A stretch of DNA of 64,000 bases from the human T2T-CHM13v2.0 reference genome, Homo sapiens. The notes under the pieces are model-generated. The model ran no database searches and was not told where the DNA came from. It saw nothing but the letters and a program-made list of their open reading frames with translations. Below are positions 1 to 15,155 of this stretch, piece after piece. Made by a program: the position numbers and the translations under genes. How positions within the stretch are numbered: position 1 is the stretch's first letter; the number at the start of each line of letters is the position of its first letter. The DNA lies in NCBI RefSeq assembly GCF_009914755.1, contig NC_060935.1; one strand, written 5' to 3'.

Positions 1-746
1 TCTTGATGTGGCTCTCAGCTTGGATGTTATTGATATGTAGAAATGCTACTGATTTTTGTATATCAATTTGTCTTAAATTTTCGCTGAAATTGTTTATCAG
101 ATCTAGGAGCCTATAGGCAAAGACTACGGGATTTTCTAGGTATAGAAACATGTCATCTGAAAATAGGGATAGTTTAACTTCCTCTCTGCCCATTTGGATG
201 CCTTTTATTTCTTTCTCTTGCTTGACGCTCTGGCTAGGACTTCCAATACTATGCAGAGTAAGAGTGGTAAAAGTGGACAGCCTTGCTTTGTTTCAGTTCT
301 CAAAAGGAATGCTTCTAGCTTTTGCCCATTTAGTATGATGTTGGCTGTTAGTTTCTCATAGACAGTTCTTATTATTTTGAGGTATAATCCTTCAATACCT
401 AGTTTATTGAGTGTTTTTAGTATAAAAGGATGCTGAATTATGTCAAAAGCCTTTTCTGTCTCTATTGAGATGGTTACATGGTCTTTGCTTTTAGTTCTGT
501 TAAAGAGATGAATCACATTTATTGATCTGTGTAGGTTGAACCAGCCTTGCATCCCAGGAACATAAAGCGAACTTGCTTATAGGGGATTAGCTCTTTGATG
601 TGCTGCTGGATTAAGTTTGCTAGCATTTTGTTGAGGATTTTTTTCATCTATTTTTATCAGGAATATTGGCCTGCTAGTTTCATCAGGAATATATTGTATC
701 TCTGCCAGGTTTTGTTATCAGGATGACACTGGCCTCATAGAATGAC
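1..746 (-). mobile_element. Old primate L1 (L1PA13-16/L1PB-like) ORF2 reverse-transcriptase fragment, runs off the window start
   Basis: ORF 205..552(-) [15 protein letters not shown]...QGCPLLPLL matches L1 ORF2 RT; degenerate. Confidence 0.9.
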
Positions 747-1670
747 TTTTGTCAGATGTATGCTTTGCAGATATTTTCTTCTGTGCTAAACAAATCTACA
801 AGAAAATAAAAACCATTAAAAAGTGGGCAAAAGACATGAACAGACACTTCTCAAAAGAAGATATACAGGTGGCCAAGAAGCATGTGAAATAAAAGCCCAG
901 TATCACTGATCTTTAGGGAAATGCAAGTCAAAACCGCAATGGGATGCCATCTCCCATCAGTCTAAATGGCTAGTATTAAAAAGTCAAAAAAGAACAGATG
1001 CTGGCGAGGTTGTGGAGAAAAGGGAATGCTTATGCACTGTTGGTGGGAGTGTAAATTAGTTCAACCATTGTGGAAAGCAGTGTGGTGATTCCTCAAAGAG
1101 CTAAAAACAGGACAACCATTCAACCCATTAATCCTACTACTGGGTATATACCCAAAGGTATATAAATTGTTCTACCATAAAAACACATGTGTATGTTCAC
1201 TGCAGCACTATTCACAATAGCAAAGACATGGAATCAACCCAAATGCCCATCAATGGTATACTGGATAATGAAAATATCAAACATATACACCATGGAATTC
1301 TACACAGCAATAAAAAATAAAGCCATAAAAAATAAGATCATGAGATCATGTCCTTTTCAGAAACATGAATGGAGCTAAAGGCCATTATTCTTAGCAAACT
1401 AATGCAGAAACAGAAAACCACATGTTCTCACCTATAAGTGGGAGCTAAATGATGAAAACACATGGACACAGAGAAGGGAACAACAGATACTGGGGCCTAC
1501 TGGAGGGTGAAGGATGTGAAGAGGGAGAGGATCAAAAAGAATTAACTATTGGGTACTAGGCATAATACCTTGGTGACAAAATAATTTGTAGAATAAATTC
1601 CCATGACTCAAGTTTACCTATATAACAAACCTGCACATGTACCCTTGAACGTAAAAGTTTTGAAAAAAGA
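747..1670 (+). mobile_element. L1 3' end (L1PA13-16-like) with a short (~38 bp) inverted 5' piece at 747-784
   Basis: ORF2 C-terminal peptide [19 protein letters not shown] (1187..1378); L1 3'UTR ending in an A-run near 1663-1670; 747-784 is the reverse complement of the adjacent upstream ORF2 segment. Confidence 0.85.
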
Positions 1671-3268
1671 AATTCTTCTACTGAATTTTTTATTTCTAGA
1701 AGTTCAGTTTGGTTTGTTCTTAAAATGGCTGTGTCATCTTTCAACTCTTGAGTCATTTTACTGCTTTCCTTGAACTGTGTTTCAACCTTCTTCAGTATCT
1801 CATTGAGCTTCCTTGCCATCAGATTCTGAATTCTTTATCTGTCATTTTAGCCATTTCAATCAGGTTAAGAACCATTGCTGGGGAGCTGGTTCAGTCACTG
1901 GTAGGTAAGACGACACTCTGGCCTTTAGAGTTACCAGAATTCTTTCCCTGGTTCTTTCTCTGCGTTGGCTGATGTTCCCTTAATCTTTGAAGTTGCTGTC
2001 CTTTCAACAGGGCTTTTGCTTTCATATTCTTTGATGCCTTTGATGATTTAAATGTGATATAAGTTTGGTTTAGTTGATTGCCTTTGTTGGTAGATGCTTT
2101 CAAAGGGCCAAGGTTCAGCTCAGCACTCTTGGCCTACATGCTGTAACCCTGGGGGTCTGGGACCAAGCCTCTGGCTTTGTTTTCTGGCCTTTCGAGGTCA
2201 AGCACCTGTTGCACTGGAGGGGCCAAGGTGCTCCCAGCTCACTGGCAACAACACTCTGACAGGGGCTGCCAGCAAAAGAGCTGTGGCCAGGCAGTAGTTG
2301 AGGGGGAGATTGCCCTACGGCATGGTGGCATGGGGGCACGTGTGTGCTGGCTGCAGCTGGGGGGCTGCGTGTGAGGGTGCACAAGCGGATCACCCACTGA
2401 TGGGGTGGCAAGTGAGGGCCCTGGTGAGTGCATGCCAATGGGATGACTGGGGTCCCCAGTGCTCATGTGCACTGCTCGGGCGATGGTGGGTCTTCCTATT
2501 CATGTTGAGAGGCTGCAGGCCAGGGGGTGGAGGCGAGGCGCGCCGGCGGGGAAGGCTGCAGGCAGGTGCACACCTGCAAGGATCTATCTGCAAAAGTGTT
2601 CCGAGGGCGGGGGTTGCTAGCAAAAGAGCTATGGCAGCAGCCACTGGCAAGCATTTTGGCAGGACAGCTGAGACTGCACTGCAAGCTGGTAAGGCCAGGT
2701 GGAGACCCTGGGAGAGGCTGGCAGACTGGGGCTCATTCAGATCAGACTTGCCCTGTCCCGTGGGCAAGAGAGCTCTGCTCTCTCCAGGTCTCCCTGCTAA
2801 CTAAGGCTAAAGTCACCTACAGGAGTGTGGCAAGCTTTGGGGTAATGGGCATCCATGGCCATACTCCATTGCAGCCTTTCCCATGCCAAACCCCTTGGGC
2901 CTTGCACAGACAGGAGTTCTGTCTCTGTCAACTCTCTGGGCAGTTCTCCCTGCCAATTAAAATGCCCATGGGGATTGTGGGTTCTCCTGCAGGTAGGATC
3001 CTGAAGGTCTGTGGCAAGAGTGGGTCACTACATGCCTATGTTTCTCATCCCGTCCCTACCAGCACTCAGGGCCAGAAAGGAGTCCTGGTGCTCGACTACC
3101 CCATACAGGCTTTCCAGCTTCTGCCTGTTTCAGCATCCTCCTGTATCCACTCTGGATGCCTTCTTTCCGAAGATCTGTTCAGTGTGTGTTGGTCTCTTGA
3201 TGATCTGGTCTCTTCATGGGAGAAGCTCCTCCTGGCTGTGGCTAGTTAACCATCATGGCTCTCTCCCC
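1671..3268 (-). mobile_element. Old L1 5'UTR plus ORF1 N-terminus (L1PB/L1PA15-16-like)
   Basis: ORF 1556..1819(-) ARKLNEILKKVETQFKESSK...NQTELLEIKNS is L1 ORF1 coiled-coil-like; GC-rich 2200-3260 resembles an L1 5'UTR with a decayed YY1-like start near 3255. Confidence 0.75.
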
Positions 3269-5561
3269 AGTCAAAGAAAATTTGTACTTCTATTTTTTAG
3301 GCTCGTTAGGCCTTCCTCTAACAACACAAGAAAATCAAATACTGAACATAGGTTTAAGGTGTGTGGAAAAAATATGTGAATAATAAAGTAATGCTTTTGT
3401 CTTGCCCTGTCATGGGTATGTTTCTCGTCCTCCAGGGCCAGTGCTGGGTAGGTTGGTGAGGAGAGAGGGAGGAGACACTCAGAATAATTATAGTAGGATG
3501 AAATTCTTGCTCTCTCTGTTTCATGGGCAAGACCAACAGAAGGGTTAAGAGAACTAGAATCTAATGCAGAATGAAAAAAATACAAATCCATGTTGCTCAG
3601 AGTTTTATGGAATTAATTTCTGTGTGAACTCAGGGAAGAGGGGAAAGGCGAAAGGAGAACTTGGTAGAAGAGTGTATGTCCCTAGGATGGCTGACCATCA
3701 GCCTCATTTTCTGATTACCACAAAGAGGTCCTGACCTACCTCAATTAAGCCACCTACAGACCTGATGGGCTCTACTATGGCAAGAACTTCTTTGCTCTTG
3801 TGGTTATAGTTCAGTTGGATGAGAAGTTCTCTTCACCCAGATAGTGTTTTAAAAAACGATAAATGGCAGCAGAGGCACAGAGTTTATCCTCTGAGTTGAG
3901 TAATGTGCAGCAAGGGCACTTCCTCATCAGGAGGATATCCAATATTCCATTATCAACTGGACACTTTTCTACCTGGGCTGATGCACTACTTTGGACTCAG
4001 GACCCTCTGTTGTTTAATTTCATTCTCAGATAAGAAGTAATCTACTTGTAGGTGCTTGTACATTTGAACACAGGCAACCAGATGCCCTCCAGACAACTGA
4101 GGAGAGCATTTGCTCGTAAATGCTTTCAGGATTCCTAGAAACAGCATACAGTGTATGAAGTCATCAGTTATTTTGTGAATTCTCATCTTCCTAACATCAA
4201 AAAACTAATCAAGAATCTGTTCCAAAAAATTACCCTCTGCAGGGAATAGGAGGACTATTAAGCAAATAGTAACTCGACACTTATGTCAGAAATCAAGATT
4301 TGGTCTCATTGTTTTGTCGTATTAGGGGTAGGTGGGTGTGGTTTCATTCATATGTATAAAGGATTTTTCTTTGTTTCCATTATGCATGGAAGACTTCTCC
4401 GCCAAAAATATGTATGAAATAGAATAAATTATCCATTGAATAGGCAATTAATTAGTTCATTTGATTTGTACATGTACAATTCAGGCGTCAGTTGACAATA
4501 AATATTTGCACAAATAAATAGTTGCACAAGCCTCCAGTACTCTTCAAGCGTAAAGTATAATTGCCAGCCAAACTTTCTACAGATTTCTGGAGGCATGTGT
4601 AACTTATCCAAGGCATTGGTGTGTGATAGGCTTTATTAAAGGTATGGATGACATACTGATCTCAACTAATAGAAATGCAAACAGCAGTACTGGCTATCGG
4701 ACCACCTTGATATATCATTTACTGCCAGCCATGTTAATCAAGATACTCTCCCTAAAGTGTTTCTCAACCTTCATTCTTCCTAGCAGAGATATTTCGTCAC
4801 TATCTTTTACTCAATCCCAGTTTTAAAACACTGAAGATATTTTGGGGAGTGGATATAATTCTGGTGGTTATGTATTTTTCCTCCCAGCTTTGTTTAGGTT
4901 TTTGTTTGTTTGTTTATAAGGAATATAACAGCTCATTCATTTATTTTGTTCACAAGACAATATTTATTGAAACCTACTATTTGCCAATCCCAGTGTTACA
5001 TTTGAAGGACTCAGTGACCCTGGGATTTAGTCATTAGGTTTTATGGGAGAAACCTGTCTAAAGAGATACAGGAGGGATATGTCAACATATCCTGAGATTT
5101 GTTTGCTAACCAAATATTCCTTTTAAAATGCTTTTAAATTCCTTCTCACAAAGCCTCACCATGATTTGAATGGCTGCACTGTGAGGGCAGTGTGTTACTG
5201 GTGGACGTGTTAATGTTCATGTCAACTGTATGAGGACAGAACAACAGCTTAGAACCAACCACAGTGCTATGTATTTAAGGCAAATACCCCAGAACTACAA
5301 GCTGGGGAAATTGCTTTTTTATGATGAAAAACAGACAATAAGCAACTATGACTGGCAGTCAGTTTTTAATTAGTCTTAATAGCTAAACCTAATGTCTCTG
5401 ACTGGGACAAATTATTCAGTGAATTTTAAACAGAGTAGAACTTAATCATTTGCCAAGTGGGTTTTTCTATATTTGAAAAAGCAAATATATTGTGAACACA
5501 AAATGCATTGGGTGATTTTAACACAAAAATCTGAGAATTAGAAAGTTAAGGTTGATAATTT

Positions 5562-7412
<1,851 letters not shown>

Positions 7413-9752
7413 TGATAATTTATCATTTACGTAGACGACAATACACTGTAAAATATTTATATTACCAGTTTGAACAAATATATTTTATTTCATAAAGATG
7501 AGGCTTTTTTCATAAGTCTGTTAATTAGGGAATTAGGCAATACTCATTAGACAATAGTAAAACTATATCTATATTTACATATATGTGATGATATAAATGA
7601 TAGGAATACTTTTTAGTGTTGCAGAAGTACTCACTCTTCCCATTCATATGCCTTATTATGAGAATTCCCAATTTTACTGTGGAAATGAAAGGACGCATTT
7701 TTTAAAAGCCTAAAAAATATTGAAGTCAGTAATGTGGTTTCTGATATTTAGATGCAGACACTGAAATGTTAGCATTAATAAAAAAAAGACTTGAAACAAA
7801 AAGGAGGGAGATTGCTATCATCAGCATGGCCCTGAGCGCCATGGATTCATCTTTGTCATTGATGTCTTTTATTTTTGCTCATAACTGTGTATAGAATTAG
7901 CACATATCTCTTTTTTGTCTCTCTATATAAGTAAGTATAGCTTTCTGGGATGACTTGTGGGATCCTCTGAAGGGAGAGGCAATGGCAGAGTAGCTTTTAT
8001 AGCTTTGCAGCTCTAGGGGTCCCTCTGTTGCTGTTCAAATGGCTCAAAGTAGCACTTTCTTTGAGGCCACTTCTGTGTGTCAGAGCGAAGTCTGGTCCAG
8101 GAGGACATTCTGCTTCCTTCTGTTCCAGCCCCAGAACGCCACAGGTTTTGGGAAGCTGTATTTAGCTGTTGCATCACTTTCTTGTGTCTGCTTTCTCTAA
8201 GCCCTTTCCTCTACGATCAGAGCCTTCTTTCTCTCTTATGCAAGTGGATCTTTATTTGCTTAATGTACTTTCCTTTGGGCTGAGGCTATATCCTTTTGGA
8301 AGAGCTCATTTGCTGGACATTTTTGAGATTTTCAAATGCTGAGGACCACCACAGCACTTCTTTATCCTCTTATGTTTATGAGCACTTAGAGCCTGCAAGT
8401 ATTGTTCCCAGTTTCACCAGTCAATCTCAAAACCATATGCCCAGATTTTTGCTTAGTATACAGTCCTCTCCAATTGGGGGCAAGATTTTTCTGTCATGTG
8501 ATTTTGCCAAAGATGTCATCTGTAAGTTTTAATTTTGTTTTGCTTTTCTCTCCTCGTTGCTTAATGAGACGTTCAGGGGGTGTTTGGGAGAAATTCAAGT
8601 CTATACTGCAACTATGTTTAGTAAATGATCATGTTATTTGATCCCTATGGCTTTATTTTAAAAAAGTTATTCCATGATCCTATGAGGAAAAAAAATTATT
8701 AGCTATTGCTTTTTAAAAAGTAATTTTCTTCTTACATGTCTTCATTCCCTAATCATCCACTGGAGTTGAGTTATGCCATGGCCTGTCCACTAACTGTTTA
8801 CTCTCCAGTTAAAGTCCACATATCATTCTTTTTAAATCTGTTAAGTGTGCACCTGCCTGTGTGGCCTGGGTTGTGTTTTCTTGGCATGGTTTTTCAGAGG
8901 ATTTCTTTCTTTGTGGCTTTCTCTGTGAATTTGCTGACAGCCTTCAGCTATCCCTCTTCTGCTCAGGCATGTGCTTAAGCTTGTTGTCTGGGTTGCTCAC
9001 TGCAGGACACGAGCCCATATTTCAGCCAACTATGCTGCCAAGCAACCACTGCCACTGAAGTGGACTTGCCAGCCCATCAATCAACAACCTCTGTTAGGCT
9101 TCGATTTGGAGTGTTGATTAGCTGCCTCTAGTCATTCAATCCTCTCTGTAGTCATGCCCAATGATGACAGCATGTGACTTTTCTATAAAACATTTTTCTT
9201 TGTACTAAACTTCTGAATTCCATGTGTTGTATGGTTTCTATTTTTGTTCCATTTTACAGAACTCTGGATTATTCTTATTTATTTCAGAAGTGTAAACATG
9301 GTCACAGCTATTACATATCTTTAGTTTTTGAGTTTAAAGATATTCAGAATGATTAAATATTCTGGGTTGATATGATCTCAGGTAACATAATCTACATTAT
9401 AACATTATATAACGAATGTATGCATTAGTTTTTGTCTGTTTCTGAGAATTACTTGAAAGCATAGATGTTATTAGTACATTGGGACAAAAAGGATTCAGTT
9501 CAAGACTCTCTTTCTTGTTGGGTCTGAGAGAAGTCACTTGTGGCAACCTGTGACAGTTAATTACAACATAGGGCAGCCTGATGTTTTGCGTTACAAGTTG
9601 TAGCCTGGCTAACCCATATAACTTCTGGCAGGTACACAATTATAGGTGTATGTCTGGAGGGAGATTGAAAGGCTCCGAAGGACTAACCTGGTACACCCAA
9701 ATATCAGCAACAACAAAGAAACTCTAAGCCTTTCCAGGACAGTTTTCCTTGA

Positions 9753-10689
9753 TCAGAACTTAGCTCCCAATAACATCTTGTGTAGTCTCCTGCGAATCTC
9801 CTTAGTCTTGATGGAATAGATAATTGGGTAGAGCATTGGAGGTACAAAGAGACATGAACTTGTGCACATATTCAGGAGCATGCCTCCCAAATCGATGAAC
9901 CATGGACACACTAACCATAGGCACATAGAAGATCAGCACTGCATAGATATGTGACACACATGTGTTGAGTGTCTTAAGCCTCTCACCCCTGGAGGCAATG
10001 GCCAGCACAGAATGTAGAATGAGCACATAGGAGAGGAGGATGAGCAGTGAATCTACACCAAAGGCAGAGATGACAATGAACAGGCCATACATGCTGTTGA
10101 TGGTAGTGTCTCCACAGGGCAGCCGAATCAGGTCTGCATGCAGACAGTAGGAATGGGCCAGTACCACACTGGCCTTACAGAAAGGCAGTCTGTTCAGGAG
10201 GAAGGGAAGTGGGAATACTATGCAGAAGCTGCGGATGACAATGGATATGCCATTGTGGGCCACACGGACATCAGTGAGCACTGTGGCATAGCGCAGCGGG
10301 TTACAGATGGCCACATAGTGGTCAAAACTCATGGCCAGTAGGATGCCAAACTCTGTCCAGGAGGAAAAGTGGATGAAGAACATCTGGGCCAGGCAGGCAT
10401 CAAAAGTTGTCTCTGGGGCATGAAAACACACAGCAGCCAGTACAGTGGGCAATGTAGAAAAGGACACACCCAGGTCATTAACAGAAAAAAGAGACAGGAA
10501 GTAGTACATTGGCTGGTGCAAGCTCTGCTCTTCCTTTATGATAAAGAGGATGAGGATGTTGCCCAAGAAGGAAATAGCATAAAGCAGCAGCAGAAGGGCA
10601 GCCAGCCAGTGCTCCAGACCCTTCATCTCAGGGAAGCCTGTTAGAGTGAAGCTGGTAGTACTTGAGATGTTAGTCCCAAAGCCCCCCAT
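9753..10689 (-). pseudogene. OR51A10P: Class I olfactory receptor (family 51) pseudogene with a TM7 frameshift
   Basis: ATG at 10689 (MGGFGTNIS); LHQPMYYFL, MSFDHYVAICNPLRY and KTLNTCVSH motifs; frameshift near 9852, after which another frame reads [35 protein letters not shown] (9753); splice acceptor ...cacccag at 10724. Symbol assigned from recalled gene order. Confidence 0.8.
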
Positions 10690-12623
10690 CAGGGTTTCTG
10701 AGTGACTTTTAGGCAAACGCAACCTGGGTGAATTGAGGTGAGATGGTGGGAGAAGTGAAGACTAGGAGTGGTTGATATCTAAAACTAGGAGAGACAATGA
10801 TGCTTAGATTCCAGTGCCAAAGATTTGGAAAGTTCAAAAAAAAACCAGATTACATTTCAGACCTTCTATAGCCTGGCAGCACCCTTAGATCTGTCATGAG
10901 CTCCAGGTTCTTCCCCATAGAAACCTTTGACTAATTTTTAGATATTATCCTTTATTTTTCTTGTGTCTATATAGTTTTTTACATTGGTTGACGTCTTTCT
11001 CTAATGGTGAAAAATGATTTCCCCTTTCTCTCTACTGGGTCATAGCCATCAGTTTCTTCCATAAGTGAGGTGCACCATGTCCTCCATGAAGTCTTTCCTT
11101 AATATTCCCACCCACTGATTGATTCTGTCTTGTGCAAGTGATGACATCTTTTGTGTATATTCTAAGCTGTCTCTCCTCTCTTGCCTATACTCAAGCATTA
11201 TTTCAGTTCTCTGCCTTTTCATTGTGGCTTGAACCCCTCACTTATTCACCAAGGGTCCAGAATGTCACATTCCTCCACACCTGACTCTCTTGGTTTTGCC
11301 TTTCTATATTTTAACATGGATTTTGTTTTAATCTCTGTTTAGACCACAGATTCTCAAATTGTGCTGTATGCTAGATTATTTTAAGAAGCATTAAAATATT
11401 CCTTTCCTCAGAAGAAACCTATACCAATTAAATTTGACACTGTGCAAGTAGAACTCACAAATCAGCATGTGTTTAAACTCATAGGCAATTCCCGTGTGCA
11501 GCCAAGTGTGAGTATCAGGAATTTAGGTCACTCCTATCAGCATTCAAATATGTCCCACCCATTATCACTTCTTCCCCCCGAGGATCAATTTTGGGAGTTA
11601 CTATCATAGAAAACAAACAATCACAAACTTCAGCAAACCTCTTAATTGCCCCCTCATTTCTTCTGAGTAATCACCCATTTTCCACTCACTTTCACAACTA
11701 ATACCTTGGAAATTATTGTCTACCCATAATGTCCTCCATGTCTCTGCTCTGTGCCTCAATTATCCCAAATATATGTCTGCTGCCCAGGCTTCTCTTCTCA
11801 ATATGTATTCACGCAGCCAATTTCCAACTGGACTTCCAAATGTAAGAGTTCATTGTCATCTTAAACATAATGTGCAAAATTGAACTTTATGTCAATTATC
11901 ATGTTTTATCCTCTTCAAAGTTATCATCTCATCACCAGTCACCATCTATTCACGTGGTCATGCCAGAAAACCCTGGAAGTCATTCTTAATATTTCTCACC
12001 CTCTCCTATTTACAAGTCTATTAATCCATCGTAAACGCTGGTTTCCTCTCTCCATCTCACTTCCAACTGTGACTCATCCCTCAACATCTTCAACCAAAAT
12101 ATCTGCAGAACCTTCCTGAGGATCACCCAGCTTAGTATCATGCCTCTGTCTAATTCATTCGACACAAAGCAACCAAATTATTTGTTTTTAATATAAAGTG
12201 ATGTTACTCTTTTACTAGAAACCTATCAATGGCTTCACTTACCTTATGAAATAAGAAATAAAAATTCAAGTCCTTACCATGGATCATAGAAGCTGCAAGA
12301 CCACATAAGAACTTGTCGTCTTCCAATAATTCTGATCATTCATTTCATTTCTTCTCATAATTTTGGCTGCTGTACATACTCACACATATTCTTCTTTGTG
12401 ACTTTTCTTATCACAGCTTAAATTTTAGTGCATTTATTATGTACTTGTTTAGTTATTTGATTAGTATCTTTGTTTCCCCAAAAATTTATAACTCCCTGTA
12501 ACTGTCTGTGTTTCTTCTCATTTTATTCTCAATGCTTAGGCAAGTGACAGGGCATAGAGAGCCCTAGACTAGGACTCAGAGATTACCAGTTCTAGTTTTA
12601 ATGGTTAAAATATTGATCAAATA

Positions 12624-12938
<315 letters not shown>

Positions 12939-13643
12939 TTATTAACAGGAAGAATGTATTAACATAAGAGCTACATGTTTTTACTGTAAAATTGTTTAGG
13001 TAAGTAAAAATAGCTCCCCTAGCATCTAATAACTGAGTTTTTATTTCACTTTTGCTACATACAAGCTGTGAATTTACTTAGCTTCCTCACGTCTTATTTT
13101 CACATCTCTAGAATAGAAAGAGTAATGCAAAGTAAACATTGAAGGTGCTTATTCAGACTCCCGGCACAAGATGTACTGAATAAATGGCAACTAGGAAAGT
13201 TGTGATAAAGAGGGACATTGAGGGGCTGAAAGTTCCGGATCCCATCTCCAAACTGTCTTCCCACATTCAGTTTCCCAATCAAAGGTTCCCTTCTTTTGTT
13301 TCACCATTTTATCCACCATCTATGAGAATATTGGCATATGAGTTAATCGCACTGAGGCATTCACACCAAACAAAGGCTTCAGAAGATGCACCTCTGAGCC
13401 AGAGCTGTGCACGCTCAGAACCACACAGTGAAGCTCCAAGCACGAAGCCAGCATAGTGGCAGTTCAGGCACCAACTAGATGGGGGATGTGCATGTGGGGA
13501 GAGAAATGGAGTGTAGGAAAATAAAAATTACCTTAAATGACAGACTGCCTCTCCTTCAAATCCCTGTACCCTAATCACTTAAGGATTTCGAAGCTATGAA
13601 GGAGGTGCCTGAGGGCCTCTGTGGGGGAAGAGATGAGGTCCCC

Positions 13644-13860
13644 ACTTACCTCCTCAGGGTAGCTCTGGTGGGTGGGAGGAGAGAGGCTGGTGAAGTGTCC
13701 ACTGAAGGGAGAAATACCAAGTACTGCACACACAGCACACAGCCCCACTGCCAGCCTCCACCCACTCCCTGCTCTGAGCTCTATAAAGCTGCGTCTTCAG
13801 AGTCCCCTGGTTCTGCTAAGTCCAAGGGCTCCAAGAGGTAGCTGGGCAGCAGGGATTCTA
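13644..13860 (-). promoter_or_regulatory. Candidate 5' non-coding exon of the OR pseudogene
   Basis: GAG|GTAAGT donor at 13650/13649 on - strand in non-repeat DNA about 3 kb upstream of the coding-exon acceptor; boundaries inferred. Confidence 0.3.
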
Positions 13861-15123
13861 AAAAATCTTGAGTGAAGGACTCCTCTGTGCTCTGCCATTT
13901 CTCCCACTTAGAAGTTTCAAAGGAATTGAGAATGAAGACTGGCTTGTCCTGAAGTGATCAACATTTTCAGCTCCTCATTTTGTAGGAGAGCTGACGCCCA
14001 GGAAGAATCCATTCAGTAAGCCAATAACAGAGCTGAACTGAATCCTAGACCACTGATTCTCACTGATTCTCAGATTAGGGTTCTTTCCAGTAAGCATACC
14101 ACAACTTAAATGCATTTCAAGAAGTCAAAGGGCACAACGGAGAGGAGCCTAATTATTTAGAGTCATCAAATAAGGTGACCATCCTTGTTTGCCCCATCCT
14201 GTACTGGTTTTAACACTGAAAGTCCCGCATTAGGAGAAACTCCTCAGTTTTGGCAAGCTGATAACAACTTGCCACCCTACTGCCAGACCTGGATTCAAAA
14301 CAAGCTCCTTCCCTGTCTAAATGAATGTCATTAAGAAAATTAGTTGATATGTTCATGTTTCAAATTCCTTATTTGTAAAATGATACACAAATTCCTACAC
14401 ATCTTGGCATATTTGAAACAGTATCACATTGTAAACACTTATTAAACAAGAACTATCATAAGGACTTGCCAATTTTTTATATGCCAGAAAAAAAATCTTG
14501 AATAAGGGGTGCAAATGCCTGTTGACTCTGGAGTTTTGGAGGAGTCTGAGGGGTGTTTGACTTTTAAGAAACTAATGTAAGGGTCTTAAATTTTGTAAAA
14601 GGATGTCGGGGCCATCTTGTATCACATTCAACCTTTCATAATGAAGAAATGAAGGCTTTAAGGGGTAAGAAGCTTGCTGATATGCACAGACAAATTATTT
14701 AAAGAGTTAGAAATTGTACAGAGTTCAAACAGTGTTAGATAATTATAATTATCCTGATGCAGACCCAAATTATCTGCATTTATCTTGGCTGAAGAGTTAA
14801 TGTGAGAACAATATTTATTTACTAAGTATCTGTGATTCTGCTAGGTTTTTTGACACAGTTAGCTCATTTAGTTATCAGTGAAAACCTTATGAATACATTT
14901 TATCATACTTGAAAGCAATATGGAATTATTTAATGGAAAAATAAGCATACACATTTAGAGCATCAGAAGAGTATTCAAATTCTTTATAAATATATGTGTG
15001 TAATATTTGATGCCTTAAAACACATCAAAGACTTCCTCATGAAAAACTAGAACTTCATTGGAAATTTTACAACTGTTTTAAATTATAGGACAAAAAATTT
15101 AATTGTTTTAAATTACAAAATGA

Positions 15124-15150
<27 letters not shown>
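15124..15150. repeat. (TG)n microsatellite
   Basis: About 13 TG units. Confidence 0.95.

Positions 15151-15155
<5 letters not shown>

Noticed and set aside
2074-3379. Dense cluster of GC-rich ORFs up to 240 aa
   Set aside because: They lie within an old L1 5'UTR, have no recognisable domains, and are expected in stop-poor GC-rich DNA.
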